Source of the DNA: a virus
Lineage: Duplodnaviria > Caudoviricetes
Reading direction: 5' to 3' (one strand)
Virus record (IMG/VR): IMGVR_UViG_3300037483_001799
Location: 1 to 46,800 of that record
DNA: 46,800 nt
Shown: positions 33,003-42,294 of the stretch, piece by piece
Numbering within the stretch: the stretch's first letter is position 1
Layout: each line of letters begins with the position of its first letter
The notes under the pieces: generated by a model
Databases searched by the model: none
What the model saw: the letters and a program-made list of their open reading frames with translations, nothing else
Told to the model about the DNA's origin: nothing
Made by a program: the position numbers and the translations under genes

Positions 33003-33482
33003 CTAATTTCCGCGGGTCTTTTCGAGGTAGATCGAGCGCCGGACGAAGCGCTTCGGTTGCCTCCCATCAGACACGATCTCGTGCTGCCGCAGACGCGTTC
33101 CATGCTTGTTTACGATGTCGTGCCCCTCAGCAAGGAAATGTCGGATCAAGGCCCGCTCGGCGAGCGCCACGCACTTTGACGCTCGCTGGCCGGGCCGGGC
33201 CACGAACTCTCCCGTCATGACGATTCGCTGCCCGGCCTTCTTGTTCTTCAACCGGGTCATGAGACGCAGGTTATTGAGCTGCCCTTTGACACGGCTGCGA
33301 ATGTTGTTGGCCTTCCCGATGTAGATGGCTTCCAACAGCTTCGTCTTCTTGCCCCAGCGACGGCCGAAGATGTAGACGCCTGCCGAAGTGGGCAGCTTCT
33401 CCAGATCGAGCGTGTAGATAAGCGCATCCCGCTTTCCGTTCTTCAGCGGGATGGGACGGTTCCAGTTCAGATGCAGCTGCAT
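33003..33482 (-). CDS. GIY-YIG nuclease-like protein (moron)
   Basis: GVYIF...IYIGKANNIRSRV...AERALI...N; antisense to the tail operon. Confidence 0.8.
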   Translation of the reverse strand: MQLHLNWNRPIPLKNGKRDALIYTLDLEKLPTSAGVYIFGRRWGKKTKLLEAIYIGKANNIRSRVKGQLNNLRLMTRLKNKKAGQRIVMTGEFVARPGQRASKCVALAERALIRHFLAEGHDIVNKHGTRLRQHEIVSDGRQPKRFVRRSIYLEKTRGN

Positions 33483-33653
33483 CGTTCTGCTCCCCCCGAA
33501 TGTACGTGCCGCCAACGCCCCCGTTCGTAAGTCGAAAATACTCCAGAGGCGTGGTTTTAGACCAATCCGACCTCCTTCCAGGCTGATCGCCGGCATACGG
33601 CCAGGGTAGGCGCTGCCGCGGTCCGCAGTCCGCATTTCATGGTGCAGGGCAAT

Positions 33654-34193
33654 ATGATCAGACTCGATCTCCCGAAGGATCCCTACTGGATGGACCTGCC
33701 GCACGGGGTGCGGCTGCTGGTCCGGCCCCTGTCGACGGCCGTCTACGAGGCGGCCCGCGCCCGCGGAGTGCGGACGGCGCGCGAGCTTCTCGACGAGCAC
33801 GCCGAGCTGGCGGCCGTCGGCGGCAGTATCGAGGGGCTGCCCGACCTCGGCTCGGAGGATGCGGCAGCCGGGCTGTCGCAGCTGATCTTCGCCCAGGCGC
33901 TGGCGCGGAGCGCCATCATCCGCTGGGAGGGGGTGCTGGAGCGGGATGGTTCGCCGGCGGAGGTGAACGACCGCACGGTCAACGACCTGATGCTGATCCA
34001 CCGCATGGCCGAGGCCTTCGTCATCGACTACACCCGCACCCACGAGCGGCTGATCTCCGAGGGAAACGCATCCGGGCCCTCGCCGAATGGCACTTCGGCG
34101 GCGGGCCCGGCTATTGCGACGGGTGCCGGCGGGACGGCAGCGCCTGCGCCGAGGGCGGGCGGGGCGTCAGCGGAGAGCGCTGCCCCTATGTGA
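33654..34193 (+). CDS. Tail assembly chaperone (gpG-like)
   Basis: MIRLDL...W.DL..GVR..V.P...WEGV; slippery GGGAAAC at 34061-34067. Confidence 0.8.
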   Translation: MIRLDLPKDPYWMDLPHGVRLLVRPLSTAVYEAARARGVRTARELLDEHAELAAVGGSIEGLPDLGSEDAAAGLSQLIFAQALARSAIIRWEGVLERDGSPAEVNDRTVNDLMLIHRMAEAFVIDYTRTHERLISEGNASGPSPNGTSAAGPAIATGAGGTAAPAPRAGGASAESAAPM

Positions 34194-34429
34194 CCAACCA
34201 TCCCCAGTCGGTCGAGGGCGAACAGGCCTGGTCTCTCCTGCGTCTCGCGCAGGGACAGCTGCGCACCGCCGGGATGGGCGGCGTGATCAGTCTCGATATG
34301 GCGGCCGTGCTCGCCATGGGCCGCGCCCTCGGATTCGACGAGGCTGCGTTGGTGCTGCTCCTCCACTACGGCGAGGCCGGGCTGGTGACGGCGTTCAACA
34401 GCCGGGTGAGCGAGGATGGCGGATCGTAA
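34061..34429 (+). CDS. -1 frameshift extension of the tail chaperone (gpT-like)
   Basis: The -1 frame from GGGAAAC reads KRIRALAEWHFGGGPGYCDGC...CPY and runs into the 34190-34429 ORF without a stop. Confidence 0.8.
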   Translation, partial: GKRIRALAEWHFGGGPGYCDGCRRDGSACAEGGRGVSGERCPYVTNHPQSVEGEQAWSLLRLAQGQLRTAGMGGVISLDMAAVLAMGRALGFDEAALVLLLHYGEAGLVTAFNSRVSEDGGS

Positions 34430-36692
34430 TATCAGCATCCGGCTGAGCCTGCAGGACGGCGACACCGTTCGGCGGGCCCTGTTGCAGCTGGGCGATGAGG
34501 GCCAGCGGGCCCTCGCCCGCATCGAGCGGGGCACGCAGCCGGCATCAAAGGGCCTGCTGGCCGTCAACGCGGTCGCCCGCGATCTCACCGGCAGCATGGG
34601 CGCCTTCGGCGCGCGGCTCGGGGCGGTGGGCAGCGGTCTGATGGCGCTCGGCCCCGGGGGGCTCGTGGCCGCCGCCGGCATCGGGGCGCTGATAATCGGG
34701 CTCAGGGGAGCGATCCGTGCCGCCCGCGAGGCGCTCGACCAGCTGGATGCGCTCGACGACACGGCGAACAAGCTCGGGGTCGGCGTCGAGGCGCTGCAGG
34801 AATGGCGCTATGCCTTCGAGCAGAACGGAGTCTCCGCCCAGACCCTGGAGATGGCACTCCAACGCCTTGGCCGGCGCATGGGCAACATCGCCCGCGGCGA
34901 GTCCCAGGAGGTGAAGCGCGCCTTCGACGAGCTCGGCATCTCTATTGTCCGCGCCGATGGCGGCCTCAAGACCATCGAGGAGGTGCTGCCCGAGGTCGCC
35001 GACGGGCTCGCCCGCATGGACGACCAGAACCGCCGGCTCGCGGTGTCGCAGAAGCTGTTCGACTCCGAAGGTGTCGCCATGGTGACCCTGCTGCAGCAGG
35101 GCGCCGAAGAGATGCGGAGGCTGCGCCAGGAGGCGCGGGAGCTCGGCGCGGTCATAGACAGTCGGCTGGTGGCGGAAGCGTCCGAGGTGAACGACCGGCT
35201 CGCCACCATGGACCGTATCGTCCAGACGCAGCTTAGCGGGGCGCTGGTCGATCTCGCCCCGGTGGTGCTCGCAGTGGCGGAAGGCCTCGCCGGGATGGCG
35301 CGCTGGCTCGGCGACGTGGTGGACGGGTTCCGCTCCCTCGAGACCATGTCGACCCGCGGACTGGAGCGTCGGCTTGCCGGGCTCGACCGGCGCATCCCGC
35401 AGATCCGCGGGCGCATCGACGATGTGAGCGCCCGGGCGACCGGCCCCGGGCTGCAGCAGGCGGCCGCCGGGCACCTGGCCGTGCTGCGCCGTGAGCTGGC
35501 GGCGGCGACGGCGGAACGGGAGCGCATCGCCGGGCAGCTGATCGAGCGCACCCTTGAGCGCAACACGGCAGGTCCGGGCGGCGCCGCGGCGCCACCCGGG
35601 GCGGCGCTGGAGCGCATCCGCGAGCTGGAGACCGAGGGGCAGGCGCTGGTCCGTCTTTCGCTCGCCCATCGGGAAGGGGAGGAAGCAGTGCGCGCGGCGA
35701 CCGCCGCCAACAAGGCCGACGACGAGGTGCGACGGCTGAAGATTGCCGGTGATACGCAGGAGGCGGCGGCCATCCGGCGGCTCATCGCCGCCAATGAGGA
35801 GCTGCGCCGGCTGATCGATCTGCGCCAGAAGGCGGCCGCGCTCACCCTGAAGCACGACCCGTCGGCGGCATTCGCAAAAGAGATGGCGGATCTGACAGCG
35901 CTGCTCGATACCGGGCAGGTCTCGCAGGAGACCTTTGCGCGCGCCACCGAGGAGGCCGAAAGGCGGCGGCTGGGCGCAAGCCGGGAGGCGGCGGACGGCA
36001 TCAGGCGGGCGCTGCTCGATATCCGCAAGGCGTCGCGAGATACCGCGGCCCAGTGGGAGCAGGATGTCGGGTCGATGAACCAGGCGGCGCGCGCGGCCTT
36101 CGTCGACATCGCGAGCGGGGCGAAGTCGCTGGCGGACGGATTGCAGGGGCTGTTGACCAGCGTCGAGCGTCTCATACTCGGCCGGGTGTTCGACCGCACT
36201 GTCGGCAGCTTCATCGACGACGCCCTGAATGCGGTGTTCGGCTCGAGCGGTAAGACCACGGCACCAACCAAGCACGCGGGCGGTATCATTGGCGAGGCAG
36301 GTCCCTCCCGGAGCGTCTCGCCGTGGGTGTTCGCCGGCGCGCCGCGGTTCCATGGTGGCGGGCTGCTTCCGGGCGAGGTGCCGATCATTGCGCTGCGCGG
36401 CGAGCGGGTGCTGACCCGGGCGCAGCAGGACGCGACCGCCCGCACCATCGAGGGGCTGGCCGCCATGGCCGGCCGGGCGCCCGCCATCACGGTGTTGCCC
36501 ACCGTCTACGTGAACGCGCCCAACGTGACGGCGCGGACGCAGGCAAGCTGGTCGGGGCGCGAGCTGAAGCTCGACGTGATAGTCGAGCAGATCGAGGAGA
36601 GCATGGCGCGCAACATGGGGCGCGGAGAGGGGATCGCGCCGGTGATGGAGCGGCGATACGGGCTCAATCCGGCGGCCGGCGCGTTCCGGTGA
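34416..36692 (+). CDS. Tail tape measure protein
   Basis: Long Ala-rich helical protein after the chaperones; C-terminal HAGG...FHGGG...EVPII..RGERVL. Confidence 0.9.
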   Translation: MADRNISIRLSLQDGDTVRRALLQLGDEGQRALARIERGTQPASKGLLAVNAVARDLTGSMGAFGARLGAVGSGLMALGPGGLVAAAGIGALIIGLRGAIRAAREALDQLDALDDTANKLGVGVEALQEWRYAFEQNGVSAQTLEMALQRLGRRMGNIARGESQEVKRAFDELGISIVRADGGLKTIEEVLPEVADGLARMDDQNRRLAVSQKLFDSEGVAMVTLLQQGAEEMRRLRQEARELGAVIDSRLVAEASEVNDRLATMDRIVQTQLSGALVDLAPVVLAVAEGLAGMARWLGDVVDGFRSLETMSTRGLERRLAGLDRRIPQIRGRIDDVSARATGPGLQQAAAGHLAVLRRELAAATAERERIAGQLIERTLERNTAGPGGAAAPPGAALERIRELETEGQALVRLSLAHREGEEAVRAATAANKADDEVRRLKIAGDTQEAAAIRRLIAANEELRRLIDLRQKAAALTLKHDPSAAFAKEMADLTALLDTGQVSQETFARATEEAERRRLGASREAADGIRRALLDIRKASRDTAAQWEQDVGSMNQAARAAFVDIASGAKSLADGLQGLLTSVERLILGRVFDRTVGSFIDDALNAVFGSSGKTTAPTKHAGGIIGEAGPSRSVSPWVFAGAPRFHGGGLLPGEVPIIALRGERVLTRAQQDATARTIEGLAAMAGRAPAITVLPTVYVNAPNVTARTQASWSGRELKLDVIVEQIEESMARNMGRGEGIAPVMERRYGLNPAAGAFR

Positions 36693-36772
36693 TCGAATCG
36701 GTGCGGTTTCGGATGTAGAAGGACCGAGCGCACAGGTCGCAGATTTGGTCAGTGGTGGACATCCATTAATAC

Positions 36773-37522
36773 CTAGAACCTGAATCGCGCTCGGGGGCGA
36801 GCCTTTCGTGCCAGTAAGCGCCGGAAGCCCGCCGCCGCGTATCGCAGGTCGGTTGTCTTGCTGCGTTTTAAATCGGCCCGGAGCAGAAAATTGTAGGTGC
36901 CTCGGATATGACTTTCGATAAAGTCCGCCTTGCTGGCGATCATGATTGCCGCCCTTCCGTCCGTGCTGCCGGGGAGCATGCAATAGAGCTCAGCGGCGCC
37001 GAAATCGAAAAAGACGTGCACACGACTTTCCGCCCATTCCTTGAGCAGTGTGCATTCATCGATCCACACCAGCCAAACGGCGGGCTTCTCGCAATAGCGG
37101 GATCCTTCCTTGATAGCGCGCTCAAACTGCATCCAGTCTCTTTTTCGTCGGCGGCCATCCACTACCCAAACGATCGGCTCGTAAAAGCCCTCGCGGGTTC
37201 GGCGTTCGACGGCGGCCAGATGTGAGTGTTGAAACTCGATCACCCAGCCCCGCTCGGTCTTGATATCGGCGACGTGCTTTTCCCCGTCGCTGGCCCGGTG
37301 GAAAAACTCCTGCCATTCAACGGGAAAGTGGTTCTTCCAATCACGGTGCCATGCTGTCTCCGGTTCCCACCAATGGTCGCATGTCCGGTTCCCCCTATGG
37401 CTCCAATGCCATACCCGGATGTTTCCGCACTTCGCCACCATTTCAGAACGACAGCCTGGGCACATGCCGAGCAAGCCCGGTTCGGCTTCTCGGCGCTGTT
37501 CTTCAACGAGCGCATATTTCAT
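36773..37522 (-). CDS. CoiA-like Zn-finger PD-(D/E)XK nuclease (moron)
   Basis: CPGC...KCG...WHWSH...CD.W.EPET.WH..WK...HVADI...IEFQHS...R..FY. Confidence 0.85.
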   Translation of the reverse strand: MKYALVEEQRREAEPGLLGMCPGCRSEMVAKCGNIRVWHWSHRGNRTCDHWWEPETAWHRDWKNHFPVEWQEFFHRASDGEKHVADIKTERGWVIEFQHSHLAAVERRTREGFYEPIVWVVDGRRRKRDWMQFERAIKEGSRYCEKPAVWLVWIDECTLLKEWAESRVHVFFDFGAAELYCMLPGSTDGRAAIMIASKADFIESHIRGTYNFLLRADLKRSKTTDLRYAAAGFRRLLARKARPRARFRF

Positions 37523-37801
37523 GTTCAGACCCCACCAGCTGCCAACGCACCGGGGCTTGTCAGCTTGCATACTGGTTCACAGGATGCCGATGGGAGGCGG
37601 CTTGATCACCGCTCGTGAGTTCTGGAGACCCGTTACTGCGAGCGTTCTTACTTGTTGGCCCATCTTAGCAAGAGCTATTGCAGGTCGAATCGCCCCACGG
37701 TGTCAACGCGAGCTGCAGTCGGAGGTAGAGTGGGAGTTCCCCATCCTCAATGCTATCTTTGGCCGGGGTAGCTTGCGCGACCCGAGGGACCGACAGACAC
37801 C

Positions 37802-38263
37802 ATGCAATCCTGCGAGCCAACCGCACCGGAACATGACCTCAGGCTGATCTCCGCCCGCCGCCTGCTGGCGGCGGCCATACGCATGTATTTCAGCGGCGAG
37901 GATGAACTGGCGGTGGACGTGCTCGCGAGCGCAGCGGTCAGCCTGTTGCGCGACCTCGGACCCGCCGAAGAGGGCAGGTCGGCGGTGGCGCATTCGCTGG
38001 ATGAGGTCAGCGGTCTGCCGCTGCTGATGCTGGCGCACGGCGCCTGCATCGAGCTCAGCAGTGAGGGAATCTGGCCGGAAGGCACGGTTCTCTGGATGTA
38101 CTACAACGCCATGGAAGGCACTCCGGATTCCGTTGAGGAGGACCTCAGGGAGTTCGTCGAGGCCCTGATTCCGCTCGCGCCGGAACCGCGGCTCGCGTTC
38201 TGCGCCGGCTGGATCGAGAGGCTGAAGGAGAGCGGGACCGCCGAGGCCATCAGCATCCACTGA
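37802..38263 (+). CDS. Hypothetical protein
   Basis: ARRLL.AAIRMYF..ED.LAV..LASAA..LLRDL helical pattern. Confidence 0.55.
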   Translation: MQSCEPTAPEHDLRLISARRLLAAAIRMYFSGEDELAVDVLASAAVSLLRDLGPAEEGRSAVAHSLDEVSGLPLLMLAHGACIELSSEGIWPEGTVLWMYYNAMEGTPDSVEEDLREFVEALIPLAPEPRLAFCAGWIERLKESGTAEAISIH

Positions 38264-38358
38264 TCACCCACGGGCCGGATCCCACCGGCCACCTGCATTT
38301 TCATCGGTCGGCCCAACGGCGACCGGCTAACTCTTCATCCGTGTAAACGAGTCTCCCC

Positions 38359-38853
38359 ATGGCGGACCTCGCCTGGCCGGCGGTATTGCCGCTGCCGACC
38401 TTCGATGCTTACGCGGTGGAGCCGCTCGATGCGGCGCTCCGCACCGAGATGGAGCAGGGGGCGGCGCGCCAGCGGCAGGTCTACACGCGGGTGCCCGAGC
38501 GGATCACGGTGCGCTGGCGGTTCACCCAGTGGCAGTACGCGATCTTCCGCTCCTGGTATGCGAACCGGGCGAAGCGCGGGGCGGCGTTCTTCACCATGAG
38601 CCTGCTCTCCGGCCTCGGCATGGTCGAGCACGAGGTCCGCTTCGTCGGGCGTGGTGCCACGCCCTGGCGCGCCACGCCGATGCGCGGACCGCGCTGGATC
38701 GTCACCTCCACCCTCGAGGTGCGCGAGAGCCCGGATCTTTCCGACGAGGTGCTCGACATCGCGCTCGCGGTGGAGGACGTCGCCGGGCTGATCGCCGCCA
38801 TCGATGCGCTCGGCCTTCTCGTCAACACCACCCTTGCCGCCGATCCCTGGTAG
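38359..38853 (+). CDS. Distal/minor tail protein (gpM-like)
   Basis: WP.VLPLP...Y...RTEMEQG.ARQR...F..WY...GA.FF. Confidence 0.8.
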   Translation: MADLAWPAVLPLPTFDAYAVEPLDAALRTEMEQGAARQRQVYTRVPERITVRWRFTQWQYAIFRSWYANRAKRGAAFFTMSLLSGLGMVEHEVRFVGRGATPWRATPMRGPRWIVTSTLEVRESPDLSDEVLDIALAVEDVAGLIAAIDALGLLVNTTLAADPW

Positions 38854-38871
38854 GGCGAACCCGGATCTCCC

Positions 38872-40083
38872 ATGACCCTGCAGACCGATCTCGAACAGGC
38901 CGTCGCCCGGACCAATACCGACTCGGCACGGCTCAAGGCCATCGTCAACGGACCCGCCTCGGGCGCAGGCTCGACCGTCGCCGTCGACTCCGGCCCGGTG
39001 AAGACGGTCGCCCGCGCGATTCAGGAGATCGGCGATACGTCCAACCAGGCGATCAGGGATCTCTCCAATGTCGCCGCGGCCGATCTCGCGGCCAGTCTCC
39101 GTGCTGCCGGCGAGGGCACCGGGTTCAGGGCCGGCGCCAACCAGCCCGCCGATCTGACCGTCGTGGTCGCGCCCGGCATCGTGCCGCGCCCCGACCAGCT
39201 GCCGCTCGCGGTCCCGGCGCAGGCGGTCGGGCCCCTGGCCGCACCGTTTGCCGAGCCGCGCAACGATCTCGTCCATGTGGACCGGCTGACCGGCGTTGCC
39301 GGGATCGTCGCGGGCGCGGAAGCCGCCGTGCCGGCCGATCCCGCGCTCCCGGCCGGCGCCCGTCCCATCGCCCGCGTGCGGCTCCTGCCCGGCATGGCGG
39401 CGATCACGGATGGCGATCTCGACGACCTGCGCGACGGGCTCATCGGTCACGGGAGCACAATAGCCCGCAACGCCGGCACCGGGCCGGACCAGCTGGTGCC
39501 GCTCGACGGTGCGGGCAAGCTGCCGGCGGTGGACGGCTCGCAGCTCGGCGGCGTGCTCAAGCCGGGCCTGCGCGAGTACATGATCCCGGCGGCGCTGCTG
39601 CAGCCGGCGGTGAACCAGGGCTGCGGACCGGTCGAGAGCCTGGCGCTCGGAGCGGGCAAGCCGGACCTGGTGTTCCGGGCCTTCGATCCGGTCGTCTCCG
39701 AATCCGGGTTCATGTTCCTGCCCCTGCCGAAGTCTTGGGACGGCGGGCCGGTCTCGTTCCAGGTGACCTGGAGCCATGGCGTGACCGCCACGACCTTCGG
39801 CGTCGTCTGGTCGCTGGACGGGGTCGCCATCGGCGACGACGAACCCGCGGACATCCTGCTCGGCGCCGCCGTCGAGATCGCCGATGCGGGCGGCGTCGCC
39901 AACCGCATCTACACCACCGACTGGTCGGCACCGCTTGCCGTCGCCGGCCCGCCGGCGGACGGCGACGTGGTGTGCTTCCGGCTCACCCGGGACGTGACCG
40001 CTGTCGCCAACACCCTCGCCGTCGATGCGCGGCTGGTGGCGGTCCGGCTCCGTATCACCCTTTCCGGAGGCAATGACGCATGA
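38872..40083 (+). CDS. Tail fibre protein
   Basis: N-terminal anchor MTLQTDL..AV...IVNG...GPVKTVA; GTGPDQLVPLDGAGKLPAVDGSQL fibre motif; C-terminal beta domain. Confidence 0.75.
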   Translation: MTLQTDLEQAVARTNTDSARLKAIVNGPASGAGSTVAVDSGPVKTVARAIQEIGDTSNQAIRDLSNVAAADLAASLRAAGEGTGFRAGANQPADLTVVVAPGIVPRPDQLPLAVPAQAVGPLAAPFAEPRNDLVHVDRLTGVAGIVAGAEAAVPADPALPAGARPIARVRLLPGMAAITDGDLDDLRDGLIGHGSTIARNAGTGPDQLVPLDGAGKLPAVDGSQLGGVLKPGLREYMIPAALLQPAVNQGCGPVESLALGAGKPDLVFRAFDPVVSESGFMFLPLPKSWDGGPVSFQVTWSHGVTATTFGVVWSLDGVAIGDDEPADILLGAAVEIADAGGVANRIYTTDWSAPLAVAGPPADGDVVCFRLTRDVTAVANTLAVDARLVAVRLRITLSGGNDA

Positions 40084-40802
40084 TCGGCCAGATCCTCGGG
40101 GGCGGCGAGCAGCCGTTCCGGCTCTCCATCGACACCAACCGGACCGATGCCGTGCTCACCGACCTGCTCGCCGCCGCCGGCTGGGGTGGCGAGCCACGGC
40201 AGTTCATGGTCACCATCGAGCCCGGCGTGGTCATCCAGGCGAGCGCCACCGGCGCCTACGCCCTCGACTTCGGGGCGCTCCCCGCGGGCTCCACCCTTAC
40301 GCTCGCCAACAGGGGCGCCATCCGCGGCAGGGGCGGGAACGGCGGGGGCGGCGGTTGCGGGTGGGGCGCCGGCGGTAATGGCAGTGCCGGCGGACCGGCC
40401 CTGCACACCACCCTCAGCTTCGAGATCGACAACAGCGAAGGCGTCATCACCGGCGGCGGGGGCGGCGGCGGTGGAGGCGGCGGCGGAGAAGGCCAGATCA
40501 ACGAGACCGGCGAGGGCGCCGGCACCAGCCCCTGTAATGCGTGCGGCGGCGCCGGCGGGACCGGGGCCGGACCGGGCATTCAAAACAATGGCGCCGGCGG
40601 CAACTGCTGCGGCGATGCCGTGGTGGCCTGTGGCGGCACCGGCGGGTCCGGTGGCGGATACGGTCTCGCCGGCGCCAATGGCGGGGCCGGCAGCCATGGC
40701 GGCGGCGGCGCGGGCGGTGCGCCCGGCACCGCGGTGGTGTTCGACCCCGGCGTCACCGCGACGCCCGCGACCATCCCCAACACCATCCCGCAGGTCGGAT
40801 GA
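40080..40802 (+). CDS. Glycine-rich gp38-like adhesin / receptor-binding protein
   Basis: LTLANRGAIRGRGGNGG...AGGPAL...IDNSEGVITGGGGGGGGG...GGAGGAPG pattern of T-even gp38. Confidence 0.7.
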   Translation: MIGQILGGGEQPFRLSIDTNRTDAVLTDLLAAAGWGGEPRQFMVTIEPGVVIQASATGAYALDFGALPAGSTLTLANRGAIRGRGGNGGGGGCGWGAGGNGSAGGPALHTTLSFEIDNSEGVITGGGGGGGGGGGGEGQINETGEGAGTSPCNACGGAGGTGAGPGIQNNGAGGNCCGDAVVACGGTGGSGGGYGLAGANGGAGSHGGGGAGGAPGTAVVFDPGVTATPATIPNTIPQVG

Positions 40803-41449
40803 TGGACACCAGGATCGCCGTTGCCGTCTCGGGCGGCATGGACAGCCTGGTGGCGCTCGGCCTGGCGCTGGAGACGTTCCCGCAGGCCACCGTGATCGCC
40901 CATCACGTGGCGTTCCACAACGGCCAGCGCCGCGGCGAGGTCGAGACCCTCGCCTGCCGCGAGTGCATCACCTGGATGCAGGGCAACATCCGCCCCTTCG
41001 TCTATACCGAAAGCCGCATCGAGTTCCGCTGCTGCCGGGCGCCCACCTGGGCGTTCATCGCCCCGGCCATCGCCGTGGTGGCGAGCGCTCATGATGCGAC
41101 GCATCTCTGCGACGGGCGGCGCAACACGCCCTCGGTCACCCAGGGTCCCATGTACCCGCAGGCCTTCTGGGACTGGGCCGCCCCGGTCTACCGCATGCAC
41201 AACCCGGGCTATATCGGATACTTCCCCGTCTACGCCATGAGCAAGGCGGAGGTGCTGGCCGCTCTGCCTGAGCCCCTCCGCGGCAATTACTGGTCCTGCC
41301 GCAGCCCCGTGGCGGGCGACGACCGCTGGCTGCCCTGCGGGGCCTGCAACCCGTGCATGGAGCACCGCGAGATGGGCGTCAGCCATCCGGTGCGGTTCAG
41401 ACCGCGATCGTCCGGGGTGCCGTCGAGCCATGGAGGGCCGCAGCCATGA
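40799..41449 (+). CDS. QueC-like PP-loop ATPase with Zn site (paralog 1)
   Basis: IAVAVSGGMDS; P...MSKAEV; YWSCRSP...CGACNPC. Confidence 0.8.
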   Translation: MMDTRIAVAVSGGMDSLVALGLALETFPQATVIAHHVAFHNGQRRGEVETLACRECITWMQGNIRPFVYTESRIEFRCCRAPTWAFIAPAIAVVASAHDATHLCDGRRNTPSVTQGPMYPQAFWDWAAPVYRMHNPGYIGYFPVYAMSKAEVLAALPEPLRGNYWSCRSPVAGDDRWLPCGACNPCMEHREMGVSHPVRFRPRSSGVPSSHGGPQP

Positions 41450-42294
41450 GGATCGTCGCACTTCTCTCCGGCGGGCTCGACAGCACCGCCATGTGCTGGC
41501 ACCTGCTCACCCGCACCGACTACCCGCTGCATATCCATCACTTCGAGCTCGATTACCACACCGAGCAGAACGGCGGGCACCGGACCGGGTGCGAACGCAT
41601 GGCGGTGCGCAACGTGGTCGCCTGGCTGCGCGACCATTGCCGCCCGTTCGCCAGTTCCGAAAGCCGGGTCACCCTGCAGATCGACGGGTTCCCCCGGCAC
41701 CCCAACGATCATCTCTGGATCGCCTTCATGGGGTTCAATCTCCTCAACAAGGGCCTCGGCGAGGTGCTGGCGACGGGCCGCATCGCCACCGACTGCAACG
41801 CCGGCGGCACCCCGCGGCTGCGCTCGGCCCATGCCGTGTTCAGGCTGCTCTCCGATGATCCCTCGGTGCGCGAGTGGGTGCCGCTCGGCGCAGAAGGCCG
41901 GGCGGAGAAGGTCCGATTCGAGTGGGTCTGTCCCATCATCTCCTGGACCAAGGCCGAGGCCATGATGCGGGTGCCGGCGGAGCTGCTCGGCCTCACCGTC
42001 ACCTGCCGGCGGCCGCGCGTGGTGGAGGGGGCCATCATCGAGTGCGGCGAGTGCCGCTCGTGCCGGCGCAAGGCGCAGGCGCGTGCCTGTGTCGAGGCCG
42101 GCATGGGCATCGATGAGGCCAACGACTGGCTCTGCCGCAACCCGCCCGGCAACGGCTGGCCCGCCGGGCCGGACTGTTACGACGGCTATCAGCTCTGGCC
42201 CATGAGCATCGAGCGGCTCGAGGAAGAGCGGCGCCAGGGCAGCTACATGTTCATCGACGGAACCGGAGGGTGCGGATGCCGCGATATGCCGTGA
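41446..42294 (+). CDS. QueC-like PP-loop ATPase with Zn site (paralog 2)
   Basis: IVALLSGGLDST; PII.WTKAE; TVTCRRP...CGECRSC. Confidence 0.82.
   Translation: MRIVALLSGGLDSTAMCWHLLTRTDYPLHIHHFELDYHTEQNGGHRTGCERMAVRNVVAWLRDHCRPFASSESRVTLQIDGFPRHPNDHLWIAFMGFNLLNKGLGEVLATGRIATDCNAGGTPRLRSAHAVFRLLSDDPSVREWVPLGAEGRAEKVRFEWVCPIISWTKAEAMMRVPAELLGLTVTCRRPRVVEGAIIECGECRSCRRKAQARACVEAGMGIDEANDWLCRNPPGNGWPAGPDCYDGYQLWPMSIERLEEERRQGSYMFIDGTGGCGCRDMP

Noticed and set aside
40799-42294. Canonical queC or a 7-deazaguanine DNA modification (dpd) cluster
   Set aside because: No folE, queD, queE or dpdA in the window, VPxRN is missing, and the context is the tail operon; gene symbol withheld
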